From positions 10,985 through 74,984 of the forward strand of contig JAZQMQ010000018.1 in assembly GCA_045543555.1 (NCBI GenBank): a stretch of 64,000 nt of DNA, given 5' to 3'. Shown here in pieces: positions 44,702 to 54,935 of the stretch. The stretch's first letter is position 1. The number at the start of each line of letters is the position of its first letter. This stretch comes from Eubacteriales bacterium. GTDB lineage: Bacteria; Bacillota; Clostridia; Oscillospirales; CAG-272. A model generated the notes under the pieces. The model was not told where the DNA came from. It ran no database searches and saw only the letters and a program-made list of their open reading frames with translations. Position numbers and translations under genes: made by a program.

Positions 44702-45520
44702 ATGCAAATACTTATTCCGGTTCTTATTTGTCTTGGTATAGCGGCTGTATGCGCTATAATACTCACCGTGTCCACCGTGCTTTTCGGAGTGAAAGAGGAC
44801 GAAAAATTTTTGGCGGTACGCGATGCTCTCCCCGGTGCTAACTGCGGTGCTTGCGGATATAGCGGTTGTGACGGATATGCACGAGCTCTTTCGGAGGGTA
44901 AAATTACTGAGGCAAATCTCTGTATTCCCGGCGGAAGCAAAACAGCCGAGGAGATTGCCGCTTTGCTCGGTCTTGAAGCGGGCGAAGTTGTAAAAATGTT
45001 TGCGTATATCGGATGTAACGGAACCTGTACTGCATCCAAGAAGGACGAAAAGCACCTTCGCGACGGATTTTCTTCCTGTAAGGAAGCGGCGGCACACTGG
45101 GAGGGTGAAAACGTTTGCGTATTTGCCTGCATAGGTCTCGGAGACTGTGTGTCTTCTTGTCCCAATAACGCAATCGTTTTAACCGACGGCGTCGCAAAGG
45201 TTATTTCAAGTCTTTGTACAGGCTGTGGTCTTTGCGCAAAGACTTGTCCGCACGGAACCATACGTATGCTGAAAGAGGGAACGACCATGGCTATTGGCTG
45301 TTCCAATCATGACAAGGGCGCACTTACAAGAAAAATGTGTGTTAACGGCTGTATAGGATGTACTAAATGTGAGCGTACGTGTCCTAACGGTGCGATCACA
45401 ATGGTAAACAATCTTCCTGTTTTGAACTATGATAAGTGCTTAAGCTGCGGTCTTTGTGCAGAGGCGTGCCCAATTCACGCAATACATAAGGATGCTTTTA
45501 TATGCGACAAATGTATTTGA
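44702..45520 (+). CDS. rnfB: Rnf complex subunit B (polyferredoxin)
   Basis: An N-terminal TM, LPGANCGACGYSGCDGYA, then several CxxCxxCxxxCP motifs. Confidence 0.85.
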   Translation: MQILIPVLICLGIAAVCAIILTVSTVLFGVKEDEKFLAVRDALPGANCGACGYSGCDGYARALSEGKITEANLCIPGGSKTAEEIAALLGLEAGEVVKMFAYIGCNGTCTASKKDEKHLRDGFSSCKEAAAHWEGENVCVFACIGLGDCVSSCPNNAIVLTDGVAKVISSLCTGCGLCAKTCPHGTIRMLKEGTTMAIGCSNHDKGALTRKMCVNGCIGCTKCERTCPNGAITMVNNLPVLNYDKCLSCGLCAEACPIHAIHKDAFICDKCI

Positions 45521-45530
45521 TCGCATAATG

Positions 45531-45572
45531 AAAACCACCGAGAAGGTAATTGAATTGCCACTCGGTGGTTTT
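45531..45572 (+). terminator. Terminator after rnfB
   Basis: A 12-bp stem, aaaaccaccgag/ctcggtggtttt, with an 18-nt loop and a T-rich 3' side. Confidence 0.65.
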
Positions 45573-45756
45573 CTTTAGTGTTTGGAGCTGTCAAGGTGAT
45601 ATTAAGGTATTAAAATTTGAAAAAAGATACCTCAAAAGAACGGCAACTTAATATGGCAGAGAGTGTGTTTGACATATTATGAAATCGAAAATGTGAAAAG
45701 CTATATATCGCACTCGGTGTTTGCTGTAGCGCAATCTTTGAAAGAAAGAACGGTAA

Positions 45757-45879
45757 GCTCGGTCTTGTGGTGAAAGCGCGTATCTGAAAACAGAATCATT
45801 TTAATCCATATTTTTCCTTACATAAAAAATTGTATGCCGTTTATAATAACTCCAGAGCCGATAAAAAGGCTTGAAAGTA
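45757..45879. repeat. Intergenic repeat, split copy (40-mer, 63-nt insert, 20-mer) upstream of the SASP gene
   Basis: 45757-45796 and 45860-45879 are identical to 35407-35446 and 35447-35466. The 63 intervening nt contain TTACAT-N18-TATAAT. Confidence 0.95.
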
Positions 45880-45908
45880 CAATACCTTTAAGGTAAGGAG
45901 AATTTAAA

Positions 45909-46118
45909 ATGGCTACTAAAAGCAATAAGACTGTAGTGCCTGAGGCACGTGCCGCACTTGATAAGTTCAAGATGGAGGCAGCAAACGAGGTTGGTGTAAA
46001 CCTCAATAATTCCTATAACGGTGACATCACCGCCCGTCAGGCAGGTTCCGTCGGCGGTCAGATGGTTAAGAAGATGATCGAGAAGTACGAAAACGATCTC
46101 AAGAACGGAAACAGATAA
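45909..46118 (+). CDS. Alpha/beta-type small acid-soluble spore protein
   Basis: VVPEARAALDKFKMEAANEVGV...QAGSVGGQMVKKMIE are both conserved SASP blocks. Confidence 0.9.
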   Translation: MATKSNKTVVPEARAALDKFKMEAANEVGVNLNNSYNGDITARQAGSVGGQMVKKMIEKYENDLKNGNR

Positions 46119-46163
46119 TTTTATTATCCCTAAATGCCCTTCGCTTATGCGGAGGGTATTTTT

Positions 46164-46204
46164 GTAACCGAAAACCCCGCCATTATGGCGGGGTTTTCGG
46201 TTAC
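46164..46204 (+). terminator. Strong terminator after the SASP gene
   Basis: An 18-bp stem, gtaaccgaaaaccccgcc/ggcggggttttcggttac. Confidence 0.8.
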
Positions 46205-46207
46205 AAT

Positions 46208-46240
46208 AAAAGGTTACGCGGTGTTGCCGCGTAACCTTTT
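46208..46240 (-). terminator. Terminator after the SIMPL-domain gene
   Basis: aggttacgcgg-tgttg-ccgcgtaacct, flanked by A/T runs. Confidence 0.75.
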
Positions 46241-46243
46241 ACA

Positions 46244-46840
46244 TTATCCTCGATAGCTTAAAACCACTCTGCACTCAATTTGAACTCTCCCGTCGGGACA
46301 GGCAGAAAAGCTGAAATGACAGCAATCGGGATCCGAGCCAAAATCGTGAAGAGCTGTCGGATCGCCCTTTATACCGCACGCAGATGCTCGTGCCTTCGCG
46401 TTTTCAACCGCTTCCTTTAAGGCGTTCTTTTCCAATTCCGTACGATTCTCGAGACTGTACACGGGCGAGCTGACGCTTGATGCTCCTCCATTTATAAGCT
46501 TATTCATAATTGCGGAAGCATCTTTTGTGCGCGGTGACGAAATAACGTAGGTTCTTGCCTTAATTTCCTTTCCGCTTTGATCAGTATAGGAAAAATAACC
46601 GTCAAGAGCAGGTATCCCGTATTCACTGATCGATTTTTGTATTTCTTGGGCTTTTTCATTCAGGTTCTTTTCGCCTTTTCCATGATCTTCGATAACGTAG
46701 CTGATCGTAACTTTATCGGCGGGGGCGTATAAGACCGCTTTTCCTGTTAATGTCGCTTTTGAAACCGTTGCGGCTTCCGAACGGGTGCAAAGTGACAGAG
46801 TTAAGGTCAATGCAAATAATATTATAAATACTTTTTTCAT
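46244..46840 (-). CDS. SIMPL (DUF541) domain secreted protein
   Basis: The start is at MKKVFIILFALTLTLSL, preceded by AAAGGTG. A signal peptide is present, and the body resembles SIMPL proteins (...ELEKNALKEAVENAKARA...). Confidence 0.65.
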   Translation of the reverse strand: MKKVFIILFALTLTLSLCTRSEAATVSKATLTGKAVLYAPADKVTISYVIEDHGKGEKNLNEKAQEIQKSISEYGIPALDGYFSYTDQSGKEIKARTYVISSPRTKDASAIMNKLINGGASSVSSPVYSLENRTELEKNALKEAVENAKARASACGIKGDPTALHDFGSDPDCCHFSFSACPDGRVQIECRVVLSYRG

Positions 46841-47049
46841 ATAAATCACCTTTCTTTTTTTGATATTATTAGTATTTCCCGAGCTGAAAAGGATAAAAGT
46901 ATATAATATTTCCAAAAAAAGTTTAAAAAAAGTGAAAAAAAGAATTTCTTTATTCACAATTATGATGTATAATAGTATTATGAAAAATTATGTTCTCATA
47001 AAACCGGCGATTGAGGACACAAATATAAAGCCGGAGAAACGGACGTATT

Positions 47050-48681
47050 ATGAATAAAACTCTTAACAGATTGACAGAATTTTCGGGCGCAAAGGGCCCC
47101 GTGGTAACCATCGTAATGGACGGTGTAGGTCTTACCGCAGATAACGGCGGTAACGCGGTCGCATCCGCATACACCCCCAATCTTGATATGCTTATGAGCA
47201 AGTATCCCACACTTTCACTTAAGGCTCACGGAACTGCAGTAGGTCTGCCATCCGATGACGATATGGGTAACTCCGAGGTCGGACATAACGCTCTCGGTTC
47301 GGGTCAGGTCTTTGCTCAGGGTGCAAAGCTCGTTTCCCAGTCCATTGAAAGCGGAAAGCTTTTTGCTTCCGAAACCTGGAATAAGGTTATAAACAACGTA
47401 AAGGCTAATGGCTCCACTCTCCACTTCCTCGGACTCTTCTCCGACGGAAACGTTCACTCTCATATCGATCACCTCAAGGCTCTCATCGTTCACGCTAAAG
47501 AAGAGGGCATTGGCAGAGTAAGAGTTCACATTCTTCTCGACGGACGTGACGTAGGTGAGACCTCCGCGCTTGACTACGTTCTTCCCTTTGAGGCATTTAT
47601 CGCTGATCTTCGTGATGATTCCTTTGATATTGCAATTGCTTCAGGTGGCGGAAGAATGAAGATCACAATGGACCGCTACGAGGCTAACTGGGCAATGGTA
47701 GAAGCAGGATGGAAGACCCACGTTCTCGGTGAGGGCAGACAGTTTGCTTCAGCTGAGGAGGCTATCAACACATATAGAGCAGAGACCGGTGTTATCGACC
47801 AGGATCTTCCTCCCTTCGTTATTGCAAAGAACGGTCAGCCCGTAGGCACCGTAAACGACGGCGACAGTGTTATATTCTATAACTTCCGCGGAGACCGTTC
47901 AATTGAAATTTCCAAGGCGTTTGATGATGTCGAATTCGATAAGTTTGACCGCGTACGTTATCCCAAGGTAGTATACGCAGGTATGCTCGAGTACGACGGA
48001 GATCTTCACATCCCCGCAAACTACCTCGTTAATCCCCCTGAGATCACAAACACGCTTGGCGAGTACCTGACCGACGAAGGAATCAAGTGTTACGCTATCT
48101 CCGAGACACAAAAGTACGGTCACGTAACATATTTCTGGAACGGAAACAAGAGTGGAAAGTTCAGTGAGGATCTTGAGACCTACGTTGAGATACCCTCCGA
48201 CATCGTTCCCTTCGAGCAGAGACCTTGGATGAAGTGCGCGGAGATCACCGACACTCTCATCGAGGCTATCAAGAGCGGCGAATATAAGTACCTCCGCTGC
48301 AATTTCCCCAACGGAGATATGGTAGGTCATACAGGCTCCTTTGCCGCAACCAAGTGCAGCATGGAGGCTCTTGACCTTCAGATAGGCAGACTTCTTAAGG
48401 CTATCGACGAGGTGGGCGGAGTTGCGCTCTTCACCGCAGACCACGGTAATGCCGACGAGATGTTTGAGCTTGACAAGAAGACAAAGCTTCCCTCCAAAAA
48501 GGCAAAGACCAGCCACACTCTCAACCCCGTACCCTGCATTTTCTACGATAACGTACACGCAGACGAATATAAGGTTGTTGAAGGCTCCTACGGACTTTCC
48601 AATCTTGCCGCAACAGTTGTTAACCTTCTTGGATACGAGGCACCCGATATGTGGGATGCTTCGATGATCGAGGTTAAGTAA
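47050..48681 (+). CDS. gpmI: 2,3-bisphosphoglycerate-independent phosphoglycerate mutase
   Basis: VVTIVMDGVG, MGNSEVGHNALGSG, ADHGNADEM. Confidence 0.9.
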   Translation: MNKTLNRLTEFSGAKGPVVTIVMDGVGLTADNGGNAVASAYTPNLDMLMSKYPTLSLKAHGTAVGLPSDDDMGNSEVGHNALGSGQVFAQGAKLVSQSIESGKLFASETWNKVINNVKANGSTLHFLGLFSDGNVHSHIDHLKALIVHAKEEGIGRVRVHILLDGRDVGETSALDYVLPFEAFIADLRDDSFDIAIASGGGRMKITMDRYEANWAMVEAGWKTHVLGEGRQFASAEEAINTYRAETGVIDQDLPPFVIAKNGQPVGTVNDGDSVIFYNFRGDRSIEISKAFDDVEFDKFDRVRYPKVVYAGMLEYDGDLHIPANYLVNPPEITNTLGEYLTDEGIKCYAISETQKYGHVTYFWNGNKSGKFSEDLETYVEIPSDIVPFEQRPWMKCAEITDTLIEAIKSGEYKYLRCNFPNGDMVGHTGSFAATKCSMEALDLQIGRLLKAIDEVGGVALFTADHGNADEMFELDKKTKLPSKKAKTSHTLNPVPCIFYDNVHADEYKVVEGSYGLSNLAATVVNLLGYEAPDMWDASMIEVK

Positions 48682-48749
48682 TATTTTAAAGTAATTATAT
48701 TTTCCCCTCTCCGAATCAAAGAGGAGAGGGGAAACGAAAGGTTTTTCCT

Positions 48750-49712
48750 ATGTCTGATAATAAAGAGAGAAATAATATATTTGCAGACTCTCTTGAGAAA
48801 GTCACCGCCGCGGAGCTTTCCGACGGAAAGAAAAAAAGATGGAATTTTTCGGAATCCATTCTCGATATTTTTCGCCATATCCTCATACTTGTATGTACTG
48901 CCGCGCTTGTTTACAGTGGATTAAGCATAGCAGATGCATTAAGCGGATATTCCGATCAACAGGAGGAATATAATAAGGCTGAGAATATGATGAACGACTC
49001 AATTGGCGTTCAGATCATGCTTGGATCGCCAAATATGCCGCTTACCCCCGACTACAATGCTTCTCAGAATCTTACTGGAGAAGAAATTGAACAGTTCCGT
49101 CCGCAAGAGGTTAATAAAGAATACGAGCGCATAAAGATAAAGCTTTCAAACATTAAGGCTCAGTACCCCGATCTTTACGGTTGGATAACGATCCCGGGAA
49201 CGGTTATCAATTATCCAATTATGCAAACCGACGATAATGATTATTATCTTAATCATTCCTATACCGGAGCGAATCTTGGTGCCGGTTCGATCTTCGCCGA
49301 TTATCAGTGTAAGTCTAAGCTGATGGACAATAAAAATCTTGTTATATACGGACACCATATGTCTAATAACTCGATGTTTTACTCTCTTGACCTTTATCTT
49401 AAGGAATCGTTCTTTCAGTCAAATAACACAATATATGTCTACACTCTTGACGGAATGTATACCTACAAGGTGTTCTCGGTTTATGAAACAAATAAGTATT
49501 TTCCTTATATAAGGACTTATTTTCCGACGAATGCCAGCTTCTCGGAATTTGCTCAGACGATAAAGGAGCAGTCGATACACAACAACGATGAGTTCCAGAT
49601 CAATGGTGATTCGAGAATACTCACATTGTCAACCTGTACTAATCGTTCCACAGACGGACGTCTTGCGGTTCATGCGCTTCTTACTCAAATATACCAAACA
49701 AAAAAGGGATAA
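48750..49712 (+). CDS. srtB: Class B sortase with an N-terminal TM extension
   Basis: YPDLYGWITIPGTVINYPIMQTDDNDYYLNH, VIYGHHM, and the catalytic LTLSTCT. Confidence 0.8.
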   Translation: MSDNKERNNIFADSLEKVTAAELSDGKKKRWNFSESILDIFRHILILVCTAALVYSGLSIADALSGYSDQQEEYNKAENMMNDSIGVQIMLGSPNMPLTPDYNASQNLTGEEIEQFRPQEVNKEYERIKIKLSNIKAQYPDLYGWITIPGTVINYPIMQTDDNDYYLNHSYTGANLGAGSIFADYQCKSKLMDNKNLVIYGHHMSNNSMFYSLDLYLKESFFQSNNTIYVYTLDGMYTYKVFSVYETNKYFPYIRTYFPTNASFSEFAQTIKEQSIHNNDEFQINGDSRILTLSTCTNRSTDGRLAVHALLTQIYQTKKG

Positions 49713-49715
49713 TCT

Positions 49716-50447
49716 ATGAAAAAACTTTCGGTCGTAATACCGATGTACAACGAGCTCGAAGCGGCTCCTAAAACCGCGGTGGAGCTCAGCGAATTTCTTG
49801 AAAAAAAGCTTGGAAACGATTTTGAGATCCTTTTTAGCGACGATGGCAGTACCGACGGTTGTGCCGAGGCTATTGCGTCTCTTAAGCTTCCTTGTGTAAG
49901 AGTAATTCGTTATGCCGTAAATAAGGGCAAGGGATCTGCTGTAAGAGAGGGAATCCTTCGATGTAACGGTGATATAGTCGTTTATACCGACAGCGATCTT
50001 GCTTACGGAACAGAGGCGGTTTATAACATCTATCGCGAGCTTGAGAAAACCGGTGCAAATATCGTTATCGGATCGAGAAATATCAGAAAAGACGGTTATG
50101 CGGGATATACTGCACTGAGAAAGCTTATGTCGAAGGCATATATTAAGCTGATCTCCGTTTTTGCCGATTTCGAGTATTCCGATTCCCAATGCGGCATTAA
50201 GGGATTCACCGTAGAAAGTGCCAAAACGATCTTCTCCCGTTGCTTCGTAAACGGCTTTGCCTTTGATCTTGAGGTTCTTATCTTAGCGGACAAGCTCAAA
50301 ATGAAGATCAAAGAATTCCCCGTGAAGATAATTAATCATCGTGAATCGGTTTCTAAGGTAAATCCGATAAAGGATACCTTAAAAATGTTAGGCGATGTCA
50401 GAAAAATCAAAAAACAGCATAAGGATTTTTCGGGTGATGTAAAATAA
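49716..50447 (+). CDS. Family-2 glycosyltransferase (dolichyl-phosphate glucosyltransferase-like)
   Basis: LSVVIPMYNE, FSDDGSTDG, YTDSDLAY. Confidence 0.8.
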   Translation: MKKLSVVIPMYNELEAAPKTAVELSEFLEKKLGNDFEILFSDDGSTDGCAEAIASLKLPCVRVIRYAVNKGKGSAVREGILRCNGDIVVYTDSDLAYGTEAVYNIYRELEKTGANIVIGSRNIRKDGYAGYTALRKLMSKAYIKLISVFADFEYSDSQCGIKGFTVESAKTIFSRCFVNGFAFDLEVLILADKLKMKIKEFPVKIINHRESVSKVNPIKDTLKMLGDVRKIKKQHKDFSGDVK

Positions 50448-50484
50448 GTGTCCGAAATTAGTCTTATAATAACTGTAAAAAAAT

Positions 50485-50520
50485 GACTGCTTCAAATTTT
50501 TTTAAAGCAGTCTTTTTTTT
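50485..50520. terminator. Bidirectional terminator
   Basis: gactgctt/aagcagtc stem flanked by A7 and T8 runs. Confidence 0.7.
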
Positions 50521-51355
50521 ATTTGGTTTTATCTTCAATACTTTTTGAATGTCGTGCGATCTTGCGCATGTGGAGCCACTTGTATATCGGAGTGGGAATA
50601 AATGCCAGTATCAGCTGTCCGTAGATACGCTTGAAACAGGCAAATCCTTTGAGATTTAATCTTTTGAAGATGAGCTTTAAGGTTTTTGCAAGCTTTAGTC
50701 TGCTGGAAAATGAACGTCTTTTAACGGCATCATCATTTTCAACGACGGTATAAAGCGCATCCGGAATATTGTGACCGACATATCCTTTGACCATAAACCT
50801 GGACCAAAGATCGATGTCCTCACATCTTTCTGCGCGGCTCTCGAGAGAATACCCGTTAAGCTCGTCGTAGACCTTTTTATACGTCATTATAGTTGCATGA
50901 TTGAAGCAGCTGCAATGAAGCATATCCTTCGGCTCGGGACGGGATGGCATTACCATAGACGTTTTTATGCTTTGACCGTCAGAAACGGCAATTGCCGTGC
51001 CTATGAGGTCACATTCGGGGTGCTCGGATAGATATTTTAGCTGTATTTCAAAGCGTTTGGGATCCGATATGTCATCGGCGTCCATTCTTGCAACAAGCTC
51101 GGTATTTACCTCTTCAAGACAACGGTTGAGGGAAAAGGGAAGCTTTCTGTTTGTACCGTTTTCAAGGATTACGAATTTGTCGGGATATTTTTCGCAGTAA
51201 TCCCTTAAAATCGGCAACGTACCGTCCGACGAGCCGTCGTCACAGCAGATCATTACCCAGTTTGTATAGGTTTGCGCAAGTATGGAATCTACGGCTTGAG
51301 CGAGAGTTTTTTCACTGTTGTAGCAAGCCATTATAACTGATACTTTTTTGTCCAT
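50519..51355 (-). CDS. Family-2 glycosyltransferase
   Basis: VSVIMACYNSEKTLAQAVDSILAQTY, CCDDGSSDGT, ARMDADD. Confidence 0.8.
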   Translation of the reverse strand: MDKKVSVIMACYNSEKTLAQAVDSILAQTYTNWVMICCDDGSSDGTLPILRDYCEKYPDKFVILENGTNRKLPFSLNRCLEEVNTELVARMDADDISDPKRFEIQLKYLSEHPECDLIGTAIAVSDGQSIKTSMVMPSRPEPKDMLHCSCFNHATIMTYKKVYDELNGYSLESRAERCEDIDLWSRFMVKGYVGHNIPDALYTVVENDDAVKRRSFSSRLKLAKTLKLIFKRLNLKGFACFKRIYGQLILAFIPTPIYKWLHMRKIARHSKSIEDKTK

Positions 51356-51404
51356 AAATATCTTTCTGCCCCTCGGATGTCCGAGGGGGCATGGTTAATT
51401 TTAT

Positions 51405-53537
51405 TTAATCGATGTAACCGAGGTAATCAAGCCAAACGAGAACGTGAGAAGCGAATCCGTGGTTACAGCTTGCGTGAGGAGTATCGTTTTCCCAAAGTGT
51501 TCCGGTGCGGAGAGCCATGTAATCGAAGTAGCCTCTGATGTTCTCTTCGAGCTTTTCCTTTTCGCCTTCTCTCATTAAGAGATCGAGACGGAGATAGTTG
51601 CCTATGAAAGCATTTGCAAAGTAGATCTCCGGCCATTTTTTCGTAACCTTTCTCTCGGGACCGAAATCGTTAAGAAGGATATTCCAAAGCTCACGGTCCT
51701 CTTCAAGCGTAGCAACGCCACAGAAGAAAGCGTAGTACTGACAGCTCTCTGTGCGCTCACCGGAGAGGACGGCAACACCGTTCTCATTATAAACCGAATT
51801 GTCGCAGAAGAAATTACCCATAAGTGACGTTTCTCTGATGGTTGCGCGGAGAGCGGTTGCTTCGTTTCTTAACGTTTCGTCGCCATACAGATCTGCAAGA
51901 ATGTTCTTGAAGAGGTAGTAAAGCATATTTGAGGGATAGTTGATATCCTGAACAAGCTGATTGGACTTTGACCACTCAACAAATACCCAGCTTTCGAGCT
52001 TTTCGATAAGGCCGTCGGCGTTTTCGAATTTTCTGAAGTATTTAAGGAGTTTGTACAAACGGTCCTTCATCTCATCGATGAATTCGCGGTCGCCTGTTCT
52101 TCTGAGGTATTCGTTAAGCTCAACAACGTACCACATTGCCCAGTTAGGAATGAAAGCTCCGTCGCGGTGATCGGAAGGATAACACATGGGAAGCATACCG
52201 TCGGGGAGATGAGGGGGATTTTCATCCATTGCGAAGTTTGCAAGGAAGCATTTTTCAACGGTGCTCTTACCGGTTAAGAGTCTTTCTACTCTTGACGTGA
52301 AGAAGCTGTCGCAAAGCCATCCGGCTCTTTCTCTTGAAGGACAGTCCATGAAGATATCAAATGTGTTCTGACGGAATGTCTCAACTGCTGCAGAATAGAT
52401 ACGGCCGAGCTGATCGTCTGCCTTCTTGTTGAGCTTTCTTACTATTTCAGATGCATTGAAGTCTGCGCGGATAACACCGAGAGACTTAAGCTTAACCTTA
52501 CCCTTGGTGGTTATAACGTTTACGTAGTGAAGGGAATAGGGCTCAGCAGTGATAAGCTCGTAAGAGGTTCCACCCTTGAGCTCATAGTAGATTACAGAGC
52601 TTCCGAGACGTCTGTAGTTTACGCTGCCGTCAGCTTCGAGCGTTTCGGAATAGGTGATCATAAGCTCGGTGTCTTCAAGACACTCTACTTTTGCGTTAAT
52701 AAATCCGGTTCTTTCGCCCTTGAACTTGAGGCCGAGGTAGGAAGCGCTGTCAAGTGTTAAGGGAAGATGGGTGTTGGGATTACCCTTGGAGATGAGAACA
52801 CAGTTTTCTGCCTTGTGAACGGGGATCATCTCGAGCTCTTCGAAGAGGTAACCGTCGATGGTAGGATCCTTTATAGCATCGTGCTCCCTGCTGTGAAAAT
52901 GACTTTCTGCCTCTCTTACCGTAACGTCACCGTGCTCGTAAACGACATCGTGAGCCTCATAAGGATATTCGGGAAGTGAAAGCTCGCGCTCGATAAAAAT
53001 CTTTTGACTGACTTCGCTTGTTTCAACAGGTGTTCTTCCTTCTCCTGTAAGCTCAAATCCGGGATGCTTTCTCATGTCGTAGCCTTCTGCAAAAGGACGC
53101 TGGAAGCACTGACGGGAAGCCTTAACGTACTTTTCATCGTAAAGATATGCAGTCCATGCATCACTTCCTGTAGGAGCATAAACCTTATCTCCGCTTACGA
53201 ATTCACTGCAGAAGAAGCCCTCGCCGTCCATGTGATAGAAGGTTTCGCAGTTGTAGCTGCTTACAAGAACGCTTATAAGGTTGTTATCATTAACAAGATA
53301 CTTACCAATGGGAAGCTCGTCTACACGGTAGTGGTATTTTCCTGCTCTTGCGGGTCCGAAATGTATGAAAGTGCCGTTTATGTAGACCTGATAGGAGCAG
53401 TGTCCGCTCATTTTCATTACTGCATTGGTATCGGGCGCAAGGTTTATTGTGAGAAGCATCGTAAGATTCTTCTCAAAGCAACGGTCCTTGATGAAAATGG
53501 GCTTTGCGGAAACGAATGATGCTTTATTGAATATCAT
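51405..53537 (-). CDS. Alpha-L-rhamnosidase-related (GH78-like six-hairpin) glycosidase, no signal peptide
   Basis: An N-domain like SYQVYINGTFIHFGPAR, and the catalytic-domain block FMDCPSRERAGWLCDSFF. Confidence 0.7.
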   Translation of the reverse strand: MIFNKASFVSAKPIFIKDRCFEKNLTMLLTINLAPDTNAVMKMSGHCSYQVYINGTFIHFGPARAGKYHYRVDELPIGKYLVNDNNLISVLVSSYNCETFYHMDGEGFFCSEFVSGDKVYAPTGSDAWTAYLYDEKYVKASRQCFQRPFAEGYDMRKHPGFELTGEGRTPVETSEVSQKIFIERELSLPEYPYEAHDVVYEHGDVTVREAESHFHSREHDAIKDPTIDGYLFEELEMIPVHKAENCVLISKGNPNTHLPLTLDSASYLGLKFKGERTGFINAKVECLEDTELMITYSETLEADGSVNYRRLGSSVIYYELKGGTSYELITAEPYSLHYVNVITTKGKVKLKSLGVIRADFNASEIVRKLNKKADDQLGRIYSAAVETFRQNTFDIFMDCPSRERAGWLCDSFFTSRVERLLTGKSTVEKCFLANFAMDENPPHLPDGMLPMCYPSDHRDGAFIPNWAMWYVVELNEYLRRTGDREFIDEMKDRLYKLLKYFRKFENADGLIEKLESWVFVEWSKSNQLVQDINYPSNMLYYLFKNILADLYGDETLRNEATALRATIRETSLMGNFFCDNSVYNENGVAVLSGERTESCQYYAFFCGVATLEEDRELWNILLNDFGPERKVTKKWPEIYFANAFIGNYLRLDLLMREGEKEKLEENIRGYFDYMALRTGTLWENDTPHASCNHGFASHVLVWLDYLGYID

Positions 53538-54069
53538 GATCTGCCTCCGTGACCTGCGGGGTTGCGGGGTTGTTCTTTATTATTTCCGCAAGTATAAGTC
53601 GTGCATATCCGACGTAACGGTATCTGTCTGCAGGCGTTTCGGTGAAAAAATGGTCTCCGAAGTCCTTGAACAGCATAAGAAGCTCACCGTGATCGGCTTT
53701 GGAAATCGGCTCATCGTAGGAAAGTGTGGAATATGAAAGTATCTTTTTTGCTTCAATCCCCGATATTTCTATCCAGGCATATTCCACGGATCATCAGGAT
53801 CGGGATAGTATTCAACCAGTGTTCGGGGATATCAGGAAACACTGTCCCTGCTCAACCTTAAATCTTTTGCCGTCCTGTACAAAATATCCTGTTCCGTGAT
53901 GCACGTAATGGATTATATACAGGTCGCGCACACCGGTGCCCCATTTGTAGCATTCAGGTGTTCTTTTAAAGCAGGAATGAACGACGTTCAAATAGAGCTT
54001 GTTCGCGGAATTTGACATAACTGAAGCCACTTTGTAACAAAATTGCATAGAATATTGACATTTTTGCAT
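53524..54069 (-). pseudogene. AraC-type regulator relic with only the cupin-like N-domain, which is frameshifted; the HTH domain is deleted
   Basis: ...LYIIHYVHHGTGYFVQDGKRFKVEQGQCFLISPN is followed in another frame by YAWIEISGIEAKKIL.... The ORF ends inside the start of the downstream glycosidase gene without any HTH. Confidence 0.6.
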
Positions 54070-54147
54070 TTACAAGATAAATTCCATATACAATTATAAT
54101 CGATTATGGCGTATCAGTCAATAGAAAATTACAGCGTAGAGGAAAAT

Positions 54148-54935
54148 ATGAAAAAAACATATAAAGATATACTTGCCACAATACTTTTGTTGGCACTTTC
54201 CGCGTGCATTCTTTCGGGTTGCGCAGGGGGGGTGAAAAGGAGCAAGTGTCGCTGCCACAACCGAGGATTTGCCGGATTTTGAAATTTCTGAGGATATGGT
54301 TGGAAATGAGGCATTTAGCGGGATCTACTCCTGGATGTCATTCAGCACCAAAAAGTATCCTGAAAATGCTAAAGTTCCAAAAAACAGAGAGAACGTTTTT
54401 TTTGTTGATATCTGCAAAAATGAAAGTGAATCCTGTCAGGTGTCGCTAAAATCCTTGGCGGATTATCCTTCTGTAATCTTGGTCAGTGATTCCTCATAGG
54501 ACGGGATCGAGATTGAAATTTTCGAATAATACACGGTAAAAACAAACAACAGAATAATGTACCCCGATGCGATAGTGCCGCTCTCTGTTAAAATCTACAC
54601 TGAGCTTAAGGGGAACGTGGTAAAAAATTACTTTATTCGTTTTACCACGGAAGCAACTACACAAGCGGGGGAATATTCCTACGCACTAAAGCTCAAGACC
54701 GAGAAGGGAACGGTGCTTCACACGTATGAGATAACCCTTGTTGTTTACGACGTTATTCTTCCCGAAACCGCAACCCTTCGCACAGCTGTCGGACTCAGTA
54801 TAAAATCTCTTGCAAAGATGTACCGGATTACCGCAACCGCAACAGATCCCCTGTCGGGTACTTATCTTGAAAGAGCTACGAAATTATACGTTAAGTATTA
54901 CGAATTCCTTACTTGCGAGGGTTACCCGGGAAGCT
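54148..54935 (+). pseudogene. Lipoprotein glycosidase-like (DUF4091-type) relic in several frames with an internal stop
   Basis: The signal MKKTYKDILATILLLALSACILSGC is followed by a 7-G run and frame changes, then ...VFFVDICKNESESCQVSLKS..., a stop, then ...YPDAIVPLS...YSYALKLKTEKGTVLHTYEITLVVYDVILPE. Confidence 0.45.

Noticed and set aside
51362-51395. The GC-rich hairpin gcccctcgg-atgt-ccgaggggc as a terminator after the GH78-like gene
   Set aside because: On the transcribed (minus) strand it is not followed by a U-tract, and it lies only 7 nt upstream of the next gene's start. It could be a processing or stability element, but it is not a confident terminator.
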